From Dicyema japonicum (Eukaryota > Animalia > Dicyemida), in the NCBI GenBank assembly GCA_011109175.1, contig RDEW01000045.1, forward strand, positions 401,553 through 465,552: 64,000 nucleotides of DNA. Reading direction: 5' to 3'. The notes beneath the pieces were generated by a model, which saw only the letters and a program-made list of their open reading frames with translations, did no database searches and was not told where the DNA came from. The position numbers and the translations under genes were made by a program. Each line of letters starts with the position of its first letter. Within the stretch, counting starts at the first letter, position 1. Positions 63,770-64,000 of this stretch are shown in pieces.

Positions 63770-64000
63770 GAATTATGCATGGAGTGGAAGTGACGTTACT
63801 GGTAATTGATTCAATGCACGACAATACAACGAGCGAAAATTCGACCAACTCGCACATATTGACGGGATCTTCCGTTTGACATTGGAGTGTATCTCCAACT
63901 TCCGGCTTGTGGAATACTCACGGAAGCAGGCCAAACTGGCAGTCAGACTCGGAAAACATGGAATCACAGCTCTATAGACATTTTTCTTTCTGTATATCTC
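63770..64000 (-). mobile_element. Degenerate LINE RT fragment
   Basis: LSDCQFG motif in a broken frame. Confidence 0.35.

Noticed and set aside
1-64000. CRISPR arrays, rRNA, U1/U2/U6 snRNA, prokaryotic operons
   Set aside because: No repeat-spacer periodicity or diagnostic conserved sequences were seen.

Overview
This is AT-rich eukaryotic, almost certainly animal, genomic DNA in the standard genetic code. It is not prokaryotic: no rRNA, credible tRNA or CRISPR was found. Five recognisable host genes are scattered among heavily nested transposable elements: RPL35A (-), a MAP1/futsch-family gene (+), SRP68 (-), MYG1 (-) and IFT172 (+, 5' part lost at an N gap). Nearly all their introns are GT-AG micro-introns of 20-28 nt, about 36 in IFT172 alone by manual count, and several sit at positions I recall from vertebrate orthologues. 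This pattern suggests a dicyemid-like genome (inference). Retroelements include RTE-clade LINEs with TSDs and (TAA)n/(CTAA)n tails, and Ingi/Vingi-like LINEs, one with an intact viral-type 2A motif (CGDVEENPGP) directly before the endonuclease. There are also CRE-clade RLE retrotransposons carrying an N-terminal PHD finger and an R4/Dong-like RLE element. DNA transposons include Tc1, pogo/Tigger, a FLYWCH mini-MULE, and a Ginger-like end plus MITE. A 1.15-kb duplication gives filled and empty RTE sites and hides a spliced membrane-protein gene fragment. Single-base indels at homopolymers break even essential genes, and two Ns are present. The assembly therefore looks unpolished, and frameshifts should be read with caution.
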